Of a stretch of DNA of 17,870 bases, positions 17,620-17,870 are shown piece after piece (position 1 is the first letter of the stretch; every line of letters starts with the position of its first letter). Both the position numbers and the translations under genes were made by a program. The notes under the pieces are model-generated. The model searched no databases. It saw only the letters and a program-made list of their open reading frames with translations, and had not been told where the DNA came from. The stretch lies in the NCBI GenBank assembly GCA_038824035.1, contig JAWBBW010000023.1, positions 1-17,870 on the forward strand, in the 5' to 3' direction. This stretch comes from Desulfurococcaceae archaeon (GTDB lineage Archaea; Thermoproteota; Thermoprotei_A; Sulfolobales; Desulfurococcaceae).

Positions 17620-17870
17620 CTATGCATGTTTCTTTATATATTCAAGATCTTTTGTCGAAAGCCTCCACCCCATGGACCCCAGGATCTCTTGTACATGTTC
17701 AACCCTCTCCGTCTTAGGAATTGCCATGACATTTTTATGACTTATTACGTAGTTTAATGCTATTTGAACAGGCGTTTTACCATACCTAGACGCGATCTTT
17801 CTCACCACTGGATTGTACACAACTGATCCACGCTCGAGCGGGGTATATGCCTGTATAGCCACTCTGTGTT
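17620..17870 (-). CDS. Aldo/keto reductase, C-terminal part (runs off the window end)
   Basis: Motifs QAYTPL, IASRYGKTPVQIALNY, AIPKT..VEHVQE and GWRLS. The frame stays open to the window edge. Confidence 0.88.
   Translation of the reverse strand, partial: HRVAIQAYTPLERGSVVYNPVVRKIASRYGKTPVQIALNYVISHKNVMAIPKTERVEHVQEILGSMGWRLSTKDLEYIKKHA

Noticed and set aside
1-17870. CRISPR array, tRNA/rRNA genes, IS elements or integrase
   Set aside because: I saw no regularly spaced direct repeats, cloverleaf or rRNA-like GC-rich tracts, transposase motifs or terminal inverted repeats, including in the two long intergenic gaps.

Overview
This is an archaeal window. The protein style, GGTG-type ribosome-binding sites, TATA-like promoters and box C/D RNAs point to a thermophilic crenarchaeote, probably Desulfurococcales-like (inference). 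From left to right it holds: a box C/D sRNA just downstream of a Cu(I)-type P1B ATPase (copA) and its YHS/TRASH chaperone; a ~1.2 kb ORF-poor gap with probable decayed gene remnants; a minus-strand operon of malic enzyme, TtdA/TtdB-like Fe-S hydro-lyase and a DASS dicarboxylate transporter split by a single frameshift; a three-gene ABC-2 exporter; an M29 aminopeptidase; a second ORF-poor gap ending in a second box C/D sRNA; a membrane-anchored beta-propeller protein divergent from a membrane-tethered winged-helix regulator, with three TTGnnCAA palindromes between the two TATA boxes; a Cys-containing exported hypothetical protein; an alpha/beta hydrolase; and the C-terminus of an aldo/keto reductase. 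The best leads are the membrane-tethered regulator/beta-propeller module with its triple operator, a candidate archaeal tartrate (or fumarate/malate) catabolic operon with a TA-slippage-type frameshift, and two C/D guide RNAs missed by the ORF track.
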